A stretch of DNA of 64,000 nucleotides, from NCBI GenBank assembly GCA_030390025.1, contig CM059432.1, forward strand, positions 105,650,001 through 105,714,000, written 5' to 3'. Positions within the stretch are counted from its first letter, which is position 1, and the number at the start of each line of letters is the position of its first letter. Origin of the DNA: Squalus acanthias (taxonomy: Eukaryota). Both the position numbers and the translations under genes were made by a program. Under the pieces are notes generated by a model, which was given only the letters and a program-made list of their open reading frames with translations, was not told the origin of the DNA and ran no database searches. This document shows, in pieces, positions 24,235 to 36,900 of this stretch.

Positions 24235-25129
24235 GACTTACCCTTTTAATTAATTTAAATTAACTCAAATCAATACCACAAATTACACTACAATTAAATG
24301 ATATACTCAAGGGCCCTTGTATACTAGCTCTCCCTGCTACACAACAGAGACCTTAGAAAGTATAACCACAAAAATTAGGACCTTCTAAACTTTATAAACT
24401 ATTAACCTTAACTGTCAAACCACAGAGTAGTATAAATACTCACCTGGCCCTACTCACCCAATTCCCAGTTCCTCAATTTCAATTTTTTTTTACATGGCAG
24501 TAAAATTCCCAGGAAATTATGTTTGCATAGTTGTTTTTCCAAGAATGTTTTGCCCCACACTGTCTCTTCTTTTTCTCAGATCATAGTTTTTTTTTAAATT
24601 ACCTTTGAAGCTACTAGTTTGTTTTATTTTCTGGCAGATCCAACTCAAGATGTATGGATTGAACTTCCTTCCACCTTCTTCCTCTAAAAAAAATCAATTC
24701 CGATTTATTCTATTTAAATAGATGAAATTCAGAACGCCTCCACATTTCTTAATGCTGTCCACGATTTAAAAGTTTCTAGCTCACTAAACCCTCCCACTCA
24801 GACTGGTTTCAAATTCTTAATTAACCGTGGGCATTTAATGTGCAAACATATCAACACTTAAGCTACTTTAGATTACTGTACCCGTATCTGCCAACCCCTC
24901 CTCAAGTGGCAGCTCCTATAACTACCTTTTTTGCTCTGGATGACTGTCGTCCCATAAAGCATAGGAATGTGTCTCTCCTGTGCACGTGCTAACAACACGT
25001 ATGTGCAGAAGAGAAATACTACAAGGTTTTGTGGGGCAGTTTTTGCAGCCCCCAAAAATAAGGAGGCAAAGCGTGACCACGTGAGTAGCATGGAGGGGTA
25101 CCAAAAACACAAGCGGTTGGCAACTATAA

Positions 25130-25240
25130 AGATGCTAGGCTTCCTTAAAGTGCAGGGCGTCATTGATTGTACAGCCATCAATATTCCCTTGGCATATATG
25201 AATAGGTAACGTTTTTATTCCATCAACGTACATTTGTGGC
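25130..25240 (+). pseudogene. Highly degraded Harbinger (HARBI1-like) transposase fragment
   Basis: GFLKVQGVIDCT...YMNR*RFYSINV resembles the GFP.V.GAIDCTH...NRKGFHSINVQ motif. Confidence 0.6.
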
Positions 25241-26024
25241 TGTGCATGAACAATCATATGGTCCTCTCTGTGATATACTGGCCCCATTAACATCATTGCT
25301 GCCCATACTACCATCCCACCACCTGTAACATATTGTCCCTTCTGACAATAAATCTATACAGTACATTTCAAAGAAGGTGCAACCAGTTTATTTTCATACT
25401 CAAGTTCTGACTTTACTTTTTAATGTTTAGTTACTTTCCATCTCCATTTTAAAGGAGTTCATTGACATAGTTTCAGCTTTTTTAATGGAAGCTTATTTTA
25501 GGTACTTACAATTAGTGTATGATTTTCTCAACTGACTCTGCAAGTAAAATGTCAGACTTCAAAATCTCAAATGCTGCCCAAGCCAACCAAAAAAAAAATG
25601 AATGTTAAATTGAATGTTAATAACCATAATGTATTACTTGCATTCTCGTGTGGTCAGCCTCAGAACCTATACAAGTTACAGTTTGATGGTGAGTTAATAC
25701 TCCATATTCAATTTTTGTTTTGGAGCGAAAGAAGGCTGGGGCTTCATCATTTGAATGGAAGCATTCTCCACACAATCCAGATATCTGGTCCCTCAACTTA
25801 CTGGACCTGAGGTGTTGAACATAAAGGCCTTGAAAATTCACTCGTCACAATCGCAGTAGTTATGGCAGAATCATACTCAATGGTGCCAATCAGCACTAAC
25901 CCTGCCGGAGTTTGCCATGTCGGTGGGAGAGCACCTAATTTGAATGAGGCAGGTGGCTCCACTGTGGGCACATCTCTGGCACCCACCTGCCCCATGCACA
26001 CAAAAAATCCAATGGCTGCCTGCC

Positions 26025-26320
26025 ATGGGGCCCCACTACAGAGACTTGAGCACATAATCTAGGCTGACACTTCATTGCAGTTCTGCAGGAGTACTGCAAT
26101 GTGGATGAAACATTAAACTGAGTATGCCCTGTCAAGTGGACATAAAAGATCACATGGCACTATTTTGAAGAAGAGCAGGGGAGTTCTCCAGCTATCCTGG
26201 CCAACATTTATCCCTCAACCAACATCACTAAAACAGATTATCTGGTCATTATCTCACAGCTCTTTGAGACGTCTAGAGGTCATGAAAGGCACTATATAAA
26301 TACAAGTTTTTTCTTTCTTT
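26025..26320 (+). mobile_element. tRNA-derived SINE (DeuSINE-like), partial
   Basis: Shares aaaagatc.catggcactattttgaaga.gagc.ggggagttctcc...ctggccaa.atttat and the tail with 48868-49330 and 60030-60320. Confidence 0.7.
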
Positions 26321-27414
26321 TCACCTAATTTCAGTTGCTTGGGGCAGTCTATAGAAGACCCTTTTGAGACCAATTATAATTTTAGTGAAGGTTTAATTCA
26401 ATGAGATTGGTTTACTTTGAAACCCAGAAGTAACTGCAGAATTACAGAAAATCCCTTCAGAAACTAAACTGACAAGATCCACTGCTTTCAGAACCTCATA
26501 TACCCTCAGAGCAGAATGATGTCAGTAAACCTGAGAGGAGCATTGGTGCAGGTCCATTGCCACTCAATGCTGGCACAGGAACAGTCCCTCATGGAGACAA
26601 CTTATGCTAACAGTCAGCACTGGTTTGACAGCCAAGGAGGCTGGTGTCAGCTTGGAAACAACATTTACAGCACAAGAAAATCTTTAGTGCAGTTAGTAGG
26701 CTAAGCAGTATTGGCAAATTGGATGTACTCATAAACTTGGAGCTAGCATTCATGATATCGGGAAGTTTTTCAGCACCAAAAGGGCTATAGAGTTATCAGT
26801 GCTTGGTGGTATTGGCAAATTGAATGTACTTACTGGCGTTGAGGAGAAGTTGAAGCAAGAATCTATTTATTTGAGTTAATTGTACAGTGATTCCAGATGT
26901 ATAATATGCTGTTTGGAATTTTCCTCTTCTGAACAATGAAACTTTGGGCTCGAAATTCATCTACTTACCGCCACTCTGTAGCGCCGTGAAATGGCGATAA
27001 ATTGACGGCCGCTGCTCTTTTGCCAGCTGGTGGCGGGTCCCGTGGCGGCCGCCATATTCGTGTCCCCCTTTGCGCTGCCATTAACTGGTAGCGCACTGAA
27101 AGAAAAAATGGCAGCGTGGTGACGTCAATTGGCATGAAACGCCAACTTAATGTCACCAATGCGAACTTCGACCCTAGCGCTGAATTCAGCGCTGGGTCCT
27201 AAGCATGCCGCAAGCAGGTTGACAGTGGTGATGTCTGCACTTCTTAGAGGGACACACACATCATTAGGTAAGTTTGAATGTAAGGTTTTGAACAGGGTAT
27301 TTTTGATTTTATTGAAGTGGTGGCTTGCTGTAAGAGATGTGAAAAGTTTTTTAAGTGTGCAGGCAGTGCTGCTGGATGCTTGCAAGGGCTCGGACGGTAA
27401 TGAAGGCCTTTGAG

Positions 27415-27556
27415 AAGATAGAACATGCTGCGAATACTCAGCAGGTCAAGCAAAATCCCTGGAGAGATTAACAGAGTTCACGTCTCAGGTCGATATGCTG
27501 CCTGACCAATGAGTATTTCCAGCATTTTATGCTGTCATTTCACATTTACAGCATCC
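27415..27556. repeat. Short fold-back repeat, probably a Penelope-like terminal-repeat remnant
   Basis: atgctgcgaatactcagcaggtcaagca pairs imperfectly with tgcctgaccaatgagtatttccagcat. Family assignment is from recollection only. Confidence 0.45.
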
Positions 27557-27579
27557 ACTTGCAGAGGGAAGAGGAAGAC

Positions 27580-30530
27580 TCTTCTCTTCTTAGGCAGTCC
27601 CTCGGAACCGAGGATGACTTGCTTCCACACTAAAAATGAATTCTCAGGTGACTGATGAGTCCAATGCGGGACCTACAGTCTCTGTCACAGGTGGGGCAGA
27701 CGATGGTTGAAGGGGCGGGTGGGTGGGGTGCTTGGGTTGACGTGCGCTCCTTCCGCTGTTTGCGCTTGGTTTCCGCTTGCTCCCGGCGAAGAGACTTGAG
27801 GTGTTCGGCGCCTTCCCGGATGCTTCTCCTCCACTTTGTGCAGTCTTGGGCCAGGGATTCCCAGGTGTCAGTGGGGATGTTGCACTTTGTCAAGGAGGCT
27901 TTGAGGGTGTCCTTGAAGCGTTTCACCTGCCCACCTGGGGCTCTCTTACCGTGTCGGCGCTCCGAGTAGAGCGCTTGTTGTGGGAGTCTCGTATCGGGCA
28001 TGCGGACGATGTGGCCCGTCCATCGGAGCTGATCGAGCGTGGTCAAAGCTTCGATGCTGGGAATGTTGGCCTGAGCAAGAACACTGATGTTGGTGCACCT
28101 ATCCTGCCAATGAATTTGCAGGATCTTGCAGAGGCAGCGTTGGTGGTACCTCGCCAGTGCTTTGAGGTGCCTGCTGTACATGGTCCATGTCTCTGAAGCA
28201 TACAGGAGGGCGGGTATCACTCCTGCTCTGTAGGCCATGAGCTTGGTGTTGGGTTTGAGGTCCCTATCTTCAAACAATCTCTTCCTCAGGCGACCGAAGG
28301 CTGCAATAGCACACTGAAGGTGGTGTTGGACTTCGTCATCGACGTCTGCCCTTGTTGACAGTAGGCTCCCGAGGTATGGAAAGTGGTCCACGTTGTCCAA
28401 GGCCTCGTCATTGATTTTGATAATCGGGGAGCAGTACTGTGTGGCGGGGGCAGGTTGGTAGAGGACCTTTGTCTTACGGATGTTTTGTGTAAGGCCCATG
28501 CTTTCATACGCTTCGGTGAAGGTGTTGATGATGGTTTGGAGTTCAGCATCAGAGTGTTTGCAGACGCAAGCGTCGTCTGCATACTGTAATTTGATGACAG
28601 AGGATGGGACGACCTTGGATCTGGACTGGAGGCGACGGAGGTTGAACAGTTTCCCATTTTTTCTGTAGATTAGCTCCACTCCAGCGGGGAGCTTACTGAG
28701 GGTGAGATGGAACATTGCAGCCAGGAAGATCGAGAAGAGCGTTGGTGCGATGACACAGCCTTGCTTGACCCCGGTCCATACGTGAATTGGGTCTGTGGTG
28801 GATCCATTGGTCAGGATCACGGCTTGCATGTCGTCGTGAAGCAGGCGGAGGATGGTGACAAACTTTTGAGGGCAGCCGAATTTGAGGAGGACACTCCATA
28901 ATCCCTCACGGTTGAGTGTTGAATGCCTTTGTGAGGTCAAAGAAGGTCATGTACAGCGGTTGGTGCTGTTCCCTGCATTTCTCTTGTAGTTGACGTGCGG
29001 TGAAGATCATGTCCATTGTGTCCTTTAGTGGGCAGAATCCGCATTGCGACTCTGGGAGGAGCTCTTCAGCCACTGGGAGAAGGCGACTGAGGAGGATTCT
29101 TGCGATGACTTTCCCTGTGGCAGACAACAGGGAGACTCCTCTGTAATTACCGCAATCGGACTTGTCACCTTTCTTGAAAATGGTCACGATTACGGTGTCT
29201 CTGAGATCCCCTGGCATGCTCTCCTCCTTCCAAATAAGAGAAATTAGTTCATGTATTTGCGCCAATAGTGCTTCTCCACCATGCTTTAGCGCCTCGGCGG
29301 GGATTCCATCTGCTCCTGAGGCCTTGTTGTTCTTCAGTTGTCGGATAGCCTTTTCAACCTCATGCCGGGCTGGGGTTGTGCTGAGGTGCTGGCGGGTAGC
29401 ATGCTGCGGGATGGAGTTGAGGACACTCACATCGAAGACAGAGCCTCGGTTAAGGAGATCTTCGAAGTGCTCTTTCCAGCGGGCACTGACTGCCTCTCTG
29501 TTCTTGATGAGTACCTCTCCGTTCTTGCCCCGCAGTGGGGTAGGACCTTGGTTGCTTGGGCTGTAGGTGGTCTTGACTGCGCTAAAGAATCCACACATGT
29601 CGTGGTTGTCGGCTAGCTGCTGGATCTCCTGTGCTTTCTCCACCCACCATCTGTTCCTTAGGTCGCGAGTTTTTTGTTGGACCTCAGCCTTCAGGTGTCT
29701 GTAGAGCTGCTTTCTTGCTCTCGAGTTCCGTTGCTGTTTCCAGATCAGGAATGCCTTGCGTTTGCGGCTTATTAGCTCCTGGATCTCCTGGTCGTTCTCG
29801 TCGAACCAGTCTTGGTGTTTCCTGGTCGAGTGACCGAGCGTCTCTTCACAGGTGCTGATTATGGAGGCCTTGAGTGCAGACCAGGCGCTGTGGACACTCT
29901 GTGTCTCTGAATCACTGGGAGTGGTCAGGTTGGTTGTGAGGCGCAGGCTGAATAGGGCTTTCTTAGCAGGGTCTTTGAGTGCTCCAGCGTTGATTTTTCT
30001 GCGGCATTGCTTCTGTTGCCGCCGCTGTTTTGGGGCTACATTGATGGAGATGACAGAGCGGATTAGGCGGTGGTCTGTCCAGCAGTCGTCAGCTCCTGTC
30101 ATGGCGCAGATGATGCGGACGTCCTTGCGGTCCCTCGCTCGGACGATGACGTAGTCCAGCAGATGCCAGTGCTTGGAGCGAGGGTGTTGCCATGAAGCCT
30201 TGTACTTGTCTCTCTGACGGAACAAGGTGTTGGTTATGACAAGACCATGTTCTAAGCATTTCGTCAGGAGGAGGGTACCGTTGGAGTTGGCTTTCCCTAT
30301 CCCCTCTCTGCCGATCACACCTCCCCAGAGGTCTGTGTCCTTTCCAACTCTGGCGTTGAAGTCACCAAGGAGGATCAGCTTGTCGCCCATTGGGACTCGG
30401 GACAGGGATTGTTCGAGGCTGGAGTAGAATTCCTCTTTGGTCTCGTCTGTGCCTTCCAGTGTTGGGGCATACGCACTGATGACCGTAGCGCACTGGTTCT
30501 GGGCTAGGGTGAGCCATAGAGTCATAAGGC
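27580..30530 (-). mobile_element. RTE (BovB-like) LINE, slightly 5'-truncated, one frameshift
   Basis: ORFs 28906-30525 and 27630-28940 with YAPT, GDFNARVG, TDH, GVKQGC, YADD and C-terminal CPTC...RIGLISHLRIH. (AAGAG)n tail and 12-bp TSD GAAGAGGAAGAC (27568-27579, 30531-30542). Confidence 0.93.
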
Positions 30531-32260
30531 GAAGAGGAAGACACAGAAGAGGAGGAAGCAGAAGAGGAGGAAGTCGAAGAGGAGGAATCAGAAGAGGAGG
30601 AATCAGACGGAAGGATGCATCCCAGACAGCCCCTTTCTGACCGGGATATCCGGGATGGAATCATCCGCCTCCGGTCCCAGTGACCACAATCCCAATTCCC
30701 CTTTCAACATTAGTCCCACATCTTACTTTCTATCTGTTACTGACCATCACAATGTCCTCTTGGCCACGATGCTGAAATAAAAGCCACTGCAAAGCAAACT
30801 TTCCAATCCACCTATATACGTCTAACCATCCAATGTGACAGCAAGAAATCAACTCATCACCCGTATGCATTCTCTTAGTGACTGTCTTGTGTGCGCCTTC
30901 GCCTATCCTACTAATGTCAAGCAGTACTACCCCAGTGGCTGCAGCATGGCTGGTGGAAGGCTGCTGACTTTCAGTGGGGTCCTTGCTGGTCAGCCTTGAG
31001 GAGCTGGCGGCTGGGAGATTCAAATCAATCTTCTTCTGTTCTTGTTCTTCTTCACTCTCCTCTCCCTCTTCTTGGTCACTCACTGGCTGGGCAGGCTGCA
31101 TTTCTTGGGTGTATGAAATGAGGAAGGAGTTGTTCTGATGGGAGGGTGGGCAAGCAAGAGGTGCATGCCAGAAGGAGAATAATGTATGAGGATACCAGCA
31201 TCTTGTATCCTTTCAGCCTCGCCACTGGCCAAGGGCTCAGCCATGCCCCTGCCAGGAATGGCCTGCACCGTCTCCTCCAAGGGGATGAGGTGAGGCTAGG
31301 AATGGGAGATGTGCCTCGTGATTGGTGCAGATTGTTGGTAGGTGAGTGATTGGAGGTGGGGGGTCGTGCATTGAGCAGTCTGTGAGGCTAGTGGTTCAAT
31401 TGGTAGGAGATGGCTTTTGGAGATGCATTCACTGACCTTGACCAGTGGTCTGAGGTCCTGAAGCTTCTTTCGGCACTGGAGCCAGATGGTGGGGGGTGAC
31501 ACTGCTGACAGTAACGGCCTCGGTGATGTGGTCCCACATCCTTCTTTCTGAAGGGCCTCCTGGCCCTTATGGATAGAGGGTCTGTCTTGCAGTGTTGACC
31601 CCCTGCACAAAGCTGGCGTGCTGCATTTGAGACCCTGGGTGCCTCTTCCATGGCTTGCTGAGCCATTTGTGTTAGTGCTAAGGCAGTTTTCCCATTTGTT
31701 GAGGTTAGGAAGGTAATTCATCTTTAAGAGTTGAATATTTACATTTGGGACTTCTTTTTAATGTTAAAATATTTCTTAAAAGGCAGAAAGGGCTGAAAAC
31801 TGCATCGTTTCACTTCATTTTAATTTGCATTGCTTCAGTGTGCATGGCTCCTTTAATTCTCAGACCTCTTCATTACCCACAATTCCTTGCGAGCTCCACA
31901 GCCTCGCTCTCAGAGACAGGAACTTCATCTTGGATGCCTCCAGTAACGGCACCAGGACGGCGTTACATGGAAGGTAAGTGCTGTGCCACCAATCTCTATG
32001 TCCTCCAGACCAATTTTGCTCCGTTTGCATTGTGGCCATTTTCAGCGGCCACTAACTCCAGTTGCCAGTGACACCAGCAACTTTGCTGGGGAACACAAAT
32101 TTCTCCCCCTTTCACTTTACATCAACAGGAATTCCCCTGTCTCAGTTTAAAGATTAACATCAAAACATTTAATTAAACAGATTATTTTTTCTTACTGTAG
32201 GAGTATTGCTTTTCCAAGCAGAATGCTTTGTGGTTTGGAATGTCTAATACTTTTAACATG

Positions 32261-33151
32261 CATAACCCCCCTCCACAGTCTAACTATCATAACCCCCCTC
32301 CACAGTCTAACTATCATAACCCCGCTCCACAGTCTAACTATCATAGACCCCCTCCACAGTCTAACTATCATAGACCCCCTCCACAGTCTAACTATCATAG
32401 ACCCCCTCCACAGTCTAACTATCATAGACCCCCTCCACAGTCTAACTATCATAACCCCGCTCCACAGTCTGACTATCATAACCCCCCTCCACAGTCTAAC
32501 TATCATAGACCCCCTCCACAGTCTAACTATCATAGACCCCCTCCACAGTCTAACTATCATAACCCCCCTCCACAGTCTAACTATCATAGACCCCCTCCAC
32601 AGTCTAACTATCATAGACCCCCTCCACAGTCTAACTATCATAGACCCCCTCCACAGTCTAACTATCATAGACCCCCTCCACAGTCTAACTATCATAGACC
32701 CCCTCCACAGTCTAACTATCATAGACCCCCTCCACAGTCTAATTATCATAGACCCCCTCCACAGTCTAACTATCATAGACCCCCTCCACAGTCTAACTAT
32801 CATAGACCCCCTCCACAGTCTAACTATCATAGACCCCCTCCACAGTCTAACTATCATAGACCCTCTCCACAGTCTATCATAGACCCCCTCCACAGTCTAA
32901 CTATCATAGACCCTCTCCACAGTCTAACTATCATAGACCCCCTCCACAGTCTAACTATCATAGACCCTCTCCACAGTCTAACTATCATAACCCCCCTCCA
33001 CAGTCTAACTATCATAGCCCCCCCTCCACAGTCTAACTATCATAGCCCCCCCTCCACAGTCTAACTATCATAGCCCCCCCTCCACAGTCTAACTATCATA
33101 ACCCCCCTCCACAGTCTAACTATCATAGCCCCCCCTCCACAGTCTAACTAT
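32261..33151. repeat. 27-bp minisatellite, about 33 copies
   Basis: Tandem unit CCCTCCACAGTCTAACTATCATAGACC with minor variants and no spacers. Confidence 0.97.
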
Positions 33152-33532
33152 TCACATCCACTAATTTTAAAAATACGATTATTAGTTTTAAACAATTTTT
33201 AACTCTACTTCTTTACTGAAGGCTTGCAATCTTGATAAATTAATAGTCACTTATTGATTAGATTTTTCCATAGTTCAACATGCGCTGCCCAGAAATAATT
33301 TCTTCCATTAACTTTGCACACCAGACTCTTTACAGAATATTTGCATAGTCAGTGTGCCTGGAACAGTCAAAGGTTGCTTACTTGGAAAACTCTACTTACC
33401 ATGGTCAAATTACTAGAATGAATTTTAAATCAATGCTACACTTAAAATACAGCTTGGGGGAAAAAAAGACCAGGTATATCAAGAAAAAATGATTAATTGA
33501 TGCCATGGTCAAGTTTTAAAAGCCAGAAGATT

Positions 33533-34745
33533 TAAGAACATAAGAACATAAGAAATAGGAGCAGGAGTAGGCCATTCAGCCCTTCGAGCCTGCTCCACTA
33601 TTCAATGAGATCATGGCTGATCTTCTGCCTCAACTCCATTCACCGGCCCTATCGCCATATCCCTTGATGCCCTTACTAGTCAGAAATCTATCGACTTCTG
33701 TTTTGAACATACCCAATGACTGAGCCTCTACCGCCCTCTGGGGTAGAGAATTCCAAAGATTCACCACCCTCTGTGTGAAGAAATTTCTTCTCATCTCAGT
33801 CCTGAATGGCCTACCCTTTATCCTGAGGCTGTGGCCCCTGGTTCTAGACTCCCCAGCCAAGGGAAACATTCTCCCAGCATCCACCCTATCAAGCCCTGTA
33901 ATAATTTTGTATGCTTCAATGAGATCCCCTCTCATTCTTCTGAATTCAAGAGAATACAGGCCTAGTTTACTCAATCTCTTCTCATACGACAGTCCCGCCA
34001 TCCCAGGAATCAATCTCGTGAACCTTCGTTGCACTCTCTCTATGGCAAGTATACCCGTCCTTAGGTAAGGAGACCAAAATTGTACACAGTACTCCAGGTG
34101 TGGTCTCACCAAGGCCCTATATAATTGATGCGGAGATGCCGGCGTTTGACTGGGGTGGACAAAAATGAGAAGTCGCACAACACCAGGTTATAGTCCAACA
34201 GATTTATTTAAAATTACAGATTTAAATAAATCTGTTGGACTATAACCTGGTGTTGTGCGACTTCTCATTTCTATATAATTGGAGTAAGACTTCTTTACTC
34301 CTGTACTCAAATCCTTTTGTAATGAAGGCCAGCATACCATTTGCCTTCCTAATGGCTTGCTGCACCTGCACATTCACTTTCAGTGACTCATGTACAAGGA
34401 CACCCAGGTCCCTTTGAGCATCTGCATCCCCCAATCTTTCACCATTTAGGAAATCTGTTTTTTCTACCAAAGTGGATAACTTCACATTTATCCACATTAT
34501 ATTCCATCTGCCATGTTCTCGCCCACTCACTGAGCCTATCGAGATCCCCTTGAAGCCTCTTCACAACTGACACTGCCACCTAGCTTTGTATCATCAGCAA
34601 ATTTGGAAATGTTACATTTAGTCCCCTCATCCAGATCATTGATATAGATTGTGAATAGCTAGGGCCTAAGCACCGATCCTTGCGGTACCCCACTAGTCAC
34701 AGTCTGCTATCCTGAAAAAGACCCGTTTATCCCTACTCTTTGTTT
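33533..34745 (-). mobile_element. CR1 LINE 3' fragment interrupted by a Penelope-like fold-back insertion
   Basis: RT C-terminal motifs (LYRALVRPHLEYCVQFWSP, RTRGH, FFTQRVV) and (TTCTTATG)n tail at 33533-33553. Confidence 0.9.
34128..34270. mobile_element. Penelope-like element terminal fragment with inverted duplication
   Basis: Matches 46233-46323. Perfect 50-bp inverted arms (34163-34212, 34221-34270) and 11-bp TSD CTATATAATTG (34117-34127, 34271-34281). Confidence 0.85.
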
Positions 34746-35697
34746 TTGGAGGAAGGGAGACTAAGAGAGATAAGGGGACTGATCTTTGACTTGCACCTGA
34801 AGCGGCAGCGAACACTCCGCCCATTTGTCCCTAGAAATTGCAATCAGGGACCTACAACTGGTGTAAGACCCTGATTTGCACATTTAAGCCAGAAATAGGT
34901 GGACTGGATGCGCGCCCATTTAGAGGGCAGCCTGAATATTGCAACAGACAACAGCCTCGGGTATCAATGGGGCAGCCAATGACAAAATGACAAAATATGT
35001 CAGAGTCAAAATAAAACTGTTATGAGGTTTAAAAATCAATCACAGGAACAATCCTTCCATCCATCCTTCAATCGCTCGTCCACAGTGCAGTTGAAAGTCG
35101 CTTCCAAGGTGTTTCACAGATTTGAGGTTCTATGAAAGAATGGCTTAGAGTGGCAGGTGAATGATGAATCTTGATTGCAACACAGTGGGAAACAGGAAAA
35201 TCCTGCAGGATGGTGGAGTGTGTGGAGTTTAGAAAGAACAAGAAAGCACTGCCCAGAGGAACATTGACAACATTAAACAAATAAGAAAGGTGTTTATGGA
35301 AAAAACAAGCTTGGAGTCTATAAATGGGGGTTAATAGCAATTCCACCAGTTTCAGTTTGCAGTTGTGTAGAAAGGGAACAGGTTTATATGAGTGTTCAAT
35401 CCTAAATAAATCCCTGAAAAACAAACAATGTTCTAATTCCTCAATGGAGAGAATTGCATAGTCTGAAGAACATATTGGGGGAGATTTTATGAATTTGGGT
35501 TCCTGATACAGTGCTTTGTGTGAGAGGAGCAGATATCAGGAATTTAAGCATGGTCTCTTAGGAGACCAGTGCATCCCGCATGTTTATTTGACAAACAGTT
35601 GTGCATGATGTATTGACCTCCATACCAGAATTCCCAATATGCACTTCCATCATGCATAGTTGTGCCACCCCCCAACAGCACTAAATCATAAAAGTCA

Positions 35698-36900
35698 GCT
35701 TTGGTCCAAACATGGACAAAAGAGCTGAATTCCAGAGGTGAGGTGAAAGTGACTGCCCTGGACATCAAGGCAGCATTTGACCGAGTGTGGCATCAAGGAG
35801 CCCTAGTAAAACTGAAGTCAATGGGAATTGGGGGGAAAACGCTCCACTGGCTGGTGTCATATCTAGCACAAAGGAAGATGGTTGTAGCGTTTGAAGGTCA
35901 ATCATCACAACCCCAGGACATCACTGCAGGAGTTCCTCAGGGCAGTGTCCTAGGCCCAACCATCTTCAGCTGCTTCATCAATGACCTTCCCTCCAACATA
36001 AGGTCAGAAATGGGGATGTTCGCTGATGACTGCACAGTGTTCAGCATCATTCACAACTCCTCAGATAATGAAACAGTCCATGCCCGCATGCAACAAGACC
36101 TGGACGATGTTTAGGCTTGGGCTGATAAGTGGCAGGTAACATTCGCGCCACAGAAGTGCCAGGCAATGACTATCTCCAACAAGCGAGAGTCTAACCACCG
36201 CCCCTTGACATTCAATGGCATTACCATCGCTGAATTCCCCACCATCAATATCCTGGGGGTCACCATTGATCAGAAACGTAACTGGACCAGCCACATAAAT
36301 ACTGTGGCAACAAGAGCAGGTCAGAAGCTGGGTTATTCTGCGGTGAGTGTCTCACCTCCTGACTCCCCAAAGCCTTTCCCACCATCTACAAGGCACAAGT
36401 ACTCTCCACTTGCCTGGATGAGTGCAGCTCCAACAACACTCAAGAAGCTCGACACCATCCAGGACAAAGCAGCCCACTTGATTGGCACCCCATCCACCAC
36501 CTTAAACATTCACTCCCTCCACCATCGGCTTACCGTGGCTGCAGTGTGTACCATCTACAAGATGCACTGCAGCAACTCGCCAAGGTTTCTTTGGCAGCAC
36601 GTCCCAAAGCCGCGACCTCTTCCACTAGAAGGACAAGGGCAGCAGGCGCATGGGAACACCACCACCTCCAAGTCACACACCATCCTGACTTGGAAATATA
36701 TTGCCGATCCTTCATCCTCGCTGGGTCAAAATCCTGGAACTCCCTACCTAACAGCACTGTGGGAGTACCTTCACCACACAGACTGCAGCGGTTCAAGAAG
36801 GTGGCTCACCACCACCTTCTCAAGGGCAATTAGAGATGGACAATAAATGCTGGCCTTGCCAGCGATGCCCACATCCCATAAACGAATTAAAAAAAAAAAA
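35698..36900 (+). mobile_element. 5'-truncated LINE of a second family (CR1/L2-group RT) with poly(A) tail
   Basis: [27 protein letters not shown]. The 3' end matches 57155-57215 and ends in an A-run at 36889-36900. Confidence 0.88.

Larger units (their letters stand above)
20208..24466 (-). mobile_element. CR1 LINE copy F, apparently full length with both ORFs open
   Basis: 5' UTR shared with copy C, ORF1 316 aa, ORF2 open for 995 codons from the ORF1 junction, octamer tail, possible short TSD AGTT(C) at 20204 and 24467. Confidence 0.95.
26946..32109. mobile_element. Older Harbinger element with degraded Myb gene (- strand) and transposase C-terminus (+ strand), hosting an RTE LINE
   Basis: Ends GGGCTCGAAATT / AATTTCTCCCCC flanked by TTT on both sides. 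Myb remnant MAQQAMEEAPRVS...WLQCRKKLQDL at ~31430-31666. Acidic tract plus RQPLSDRDIRDGIIRLRSQ* at ~30531-30683. Confidence 0.7.

Noticed and set aside
20274..24253. Multiple antisense ORFs over CR1 copies
   Set aside because: These are shadow frames of LINE coding sequence, repeated only because the elements are repeated.
30437..30640. Arg/Gly-rich protamine-like ORF
   Set aside because: It is an alternative frame of a GAAGAGGAG tract encoding the acidic transposase tail, and it spans the RTE junction.
32261..33151. Possible CRISPR array or repetitive protein gene
   Set aside because: Units are directly tandem with no unique spacers and no cas genes, in a eukaryotic intron. The ORFs follow from a stop-free 27-bp unit.
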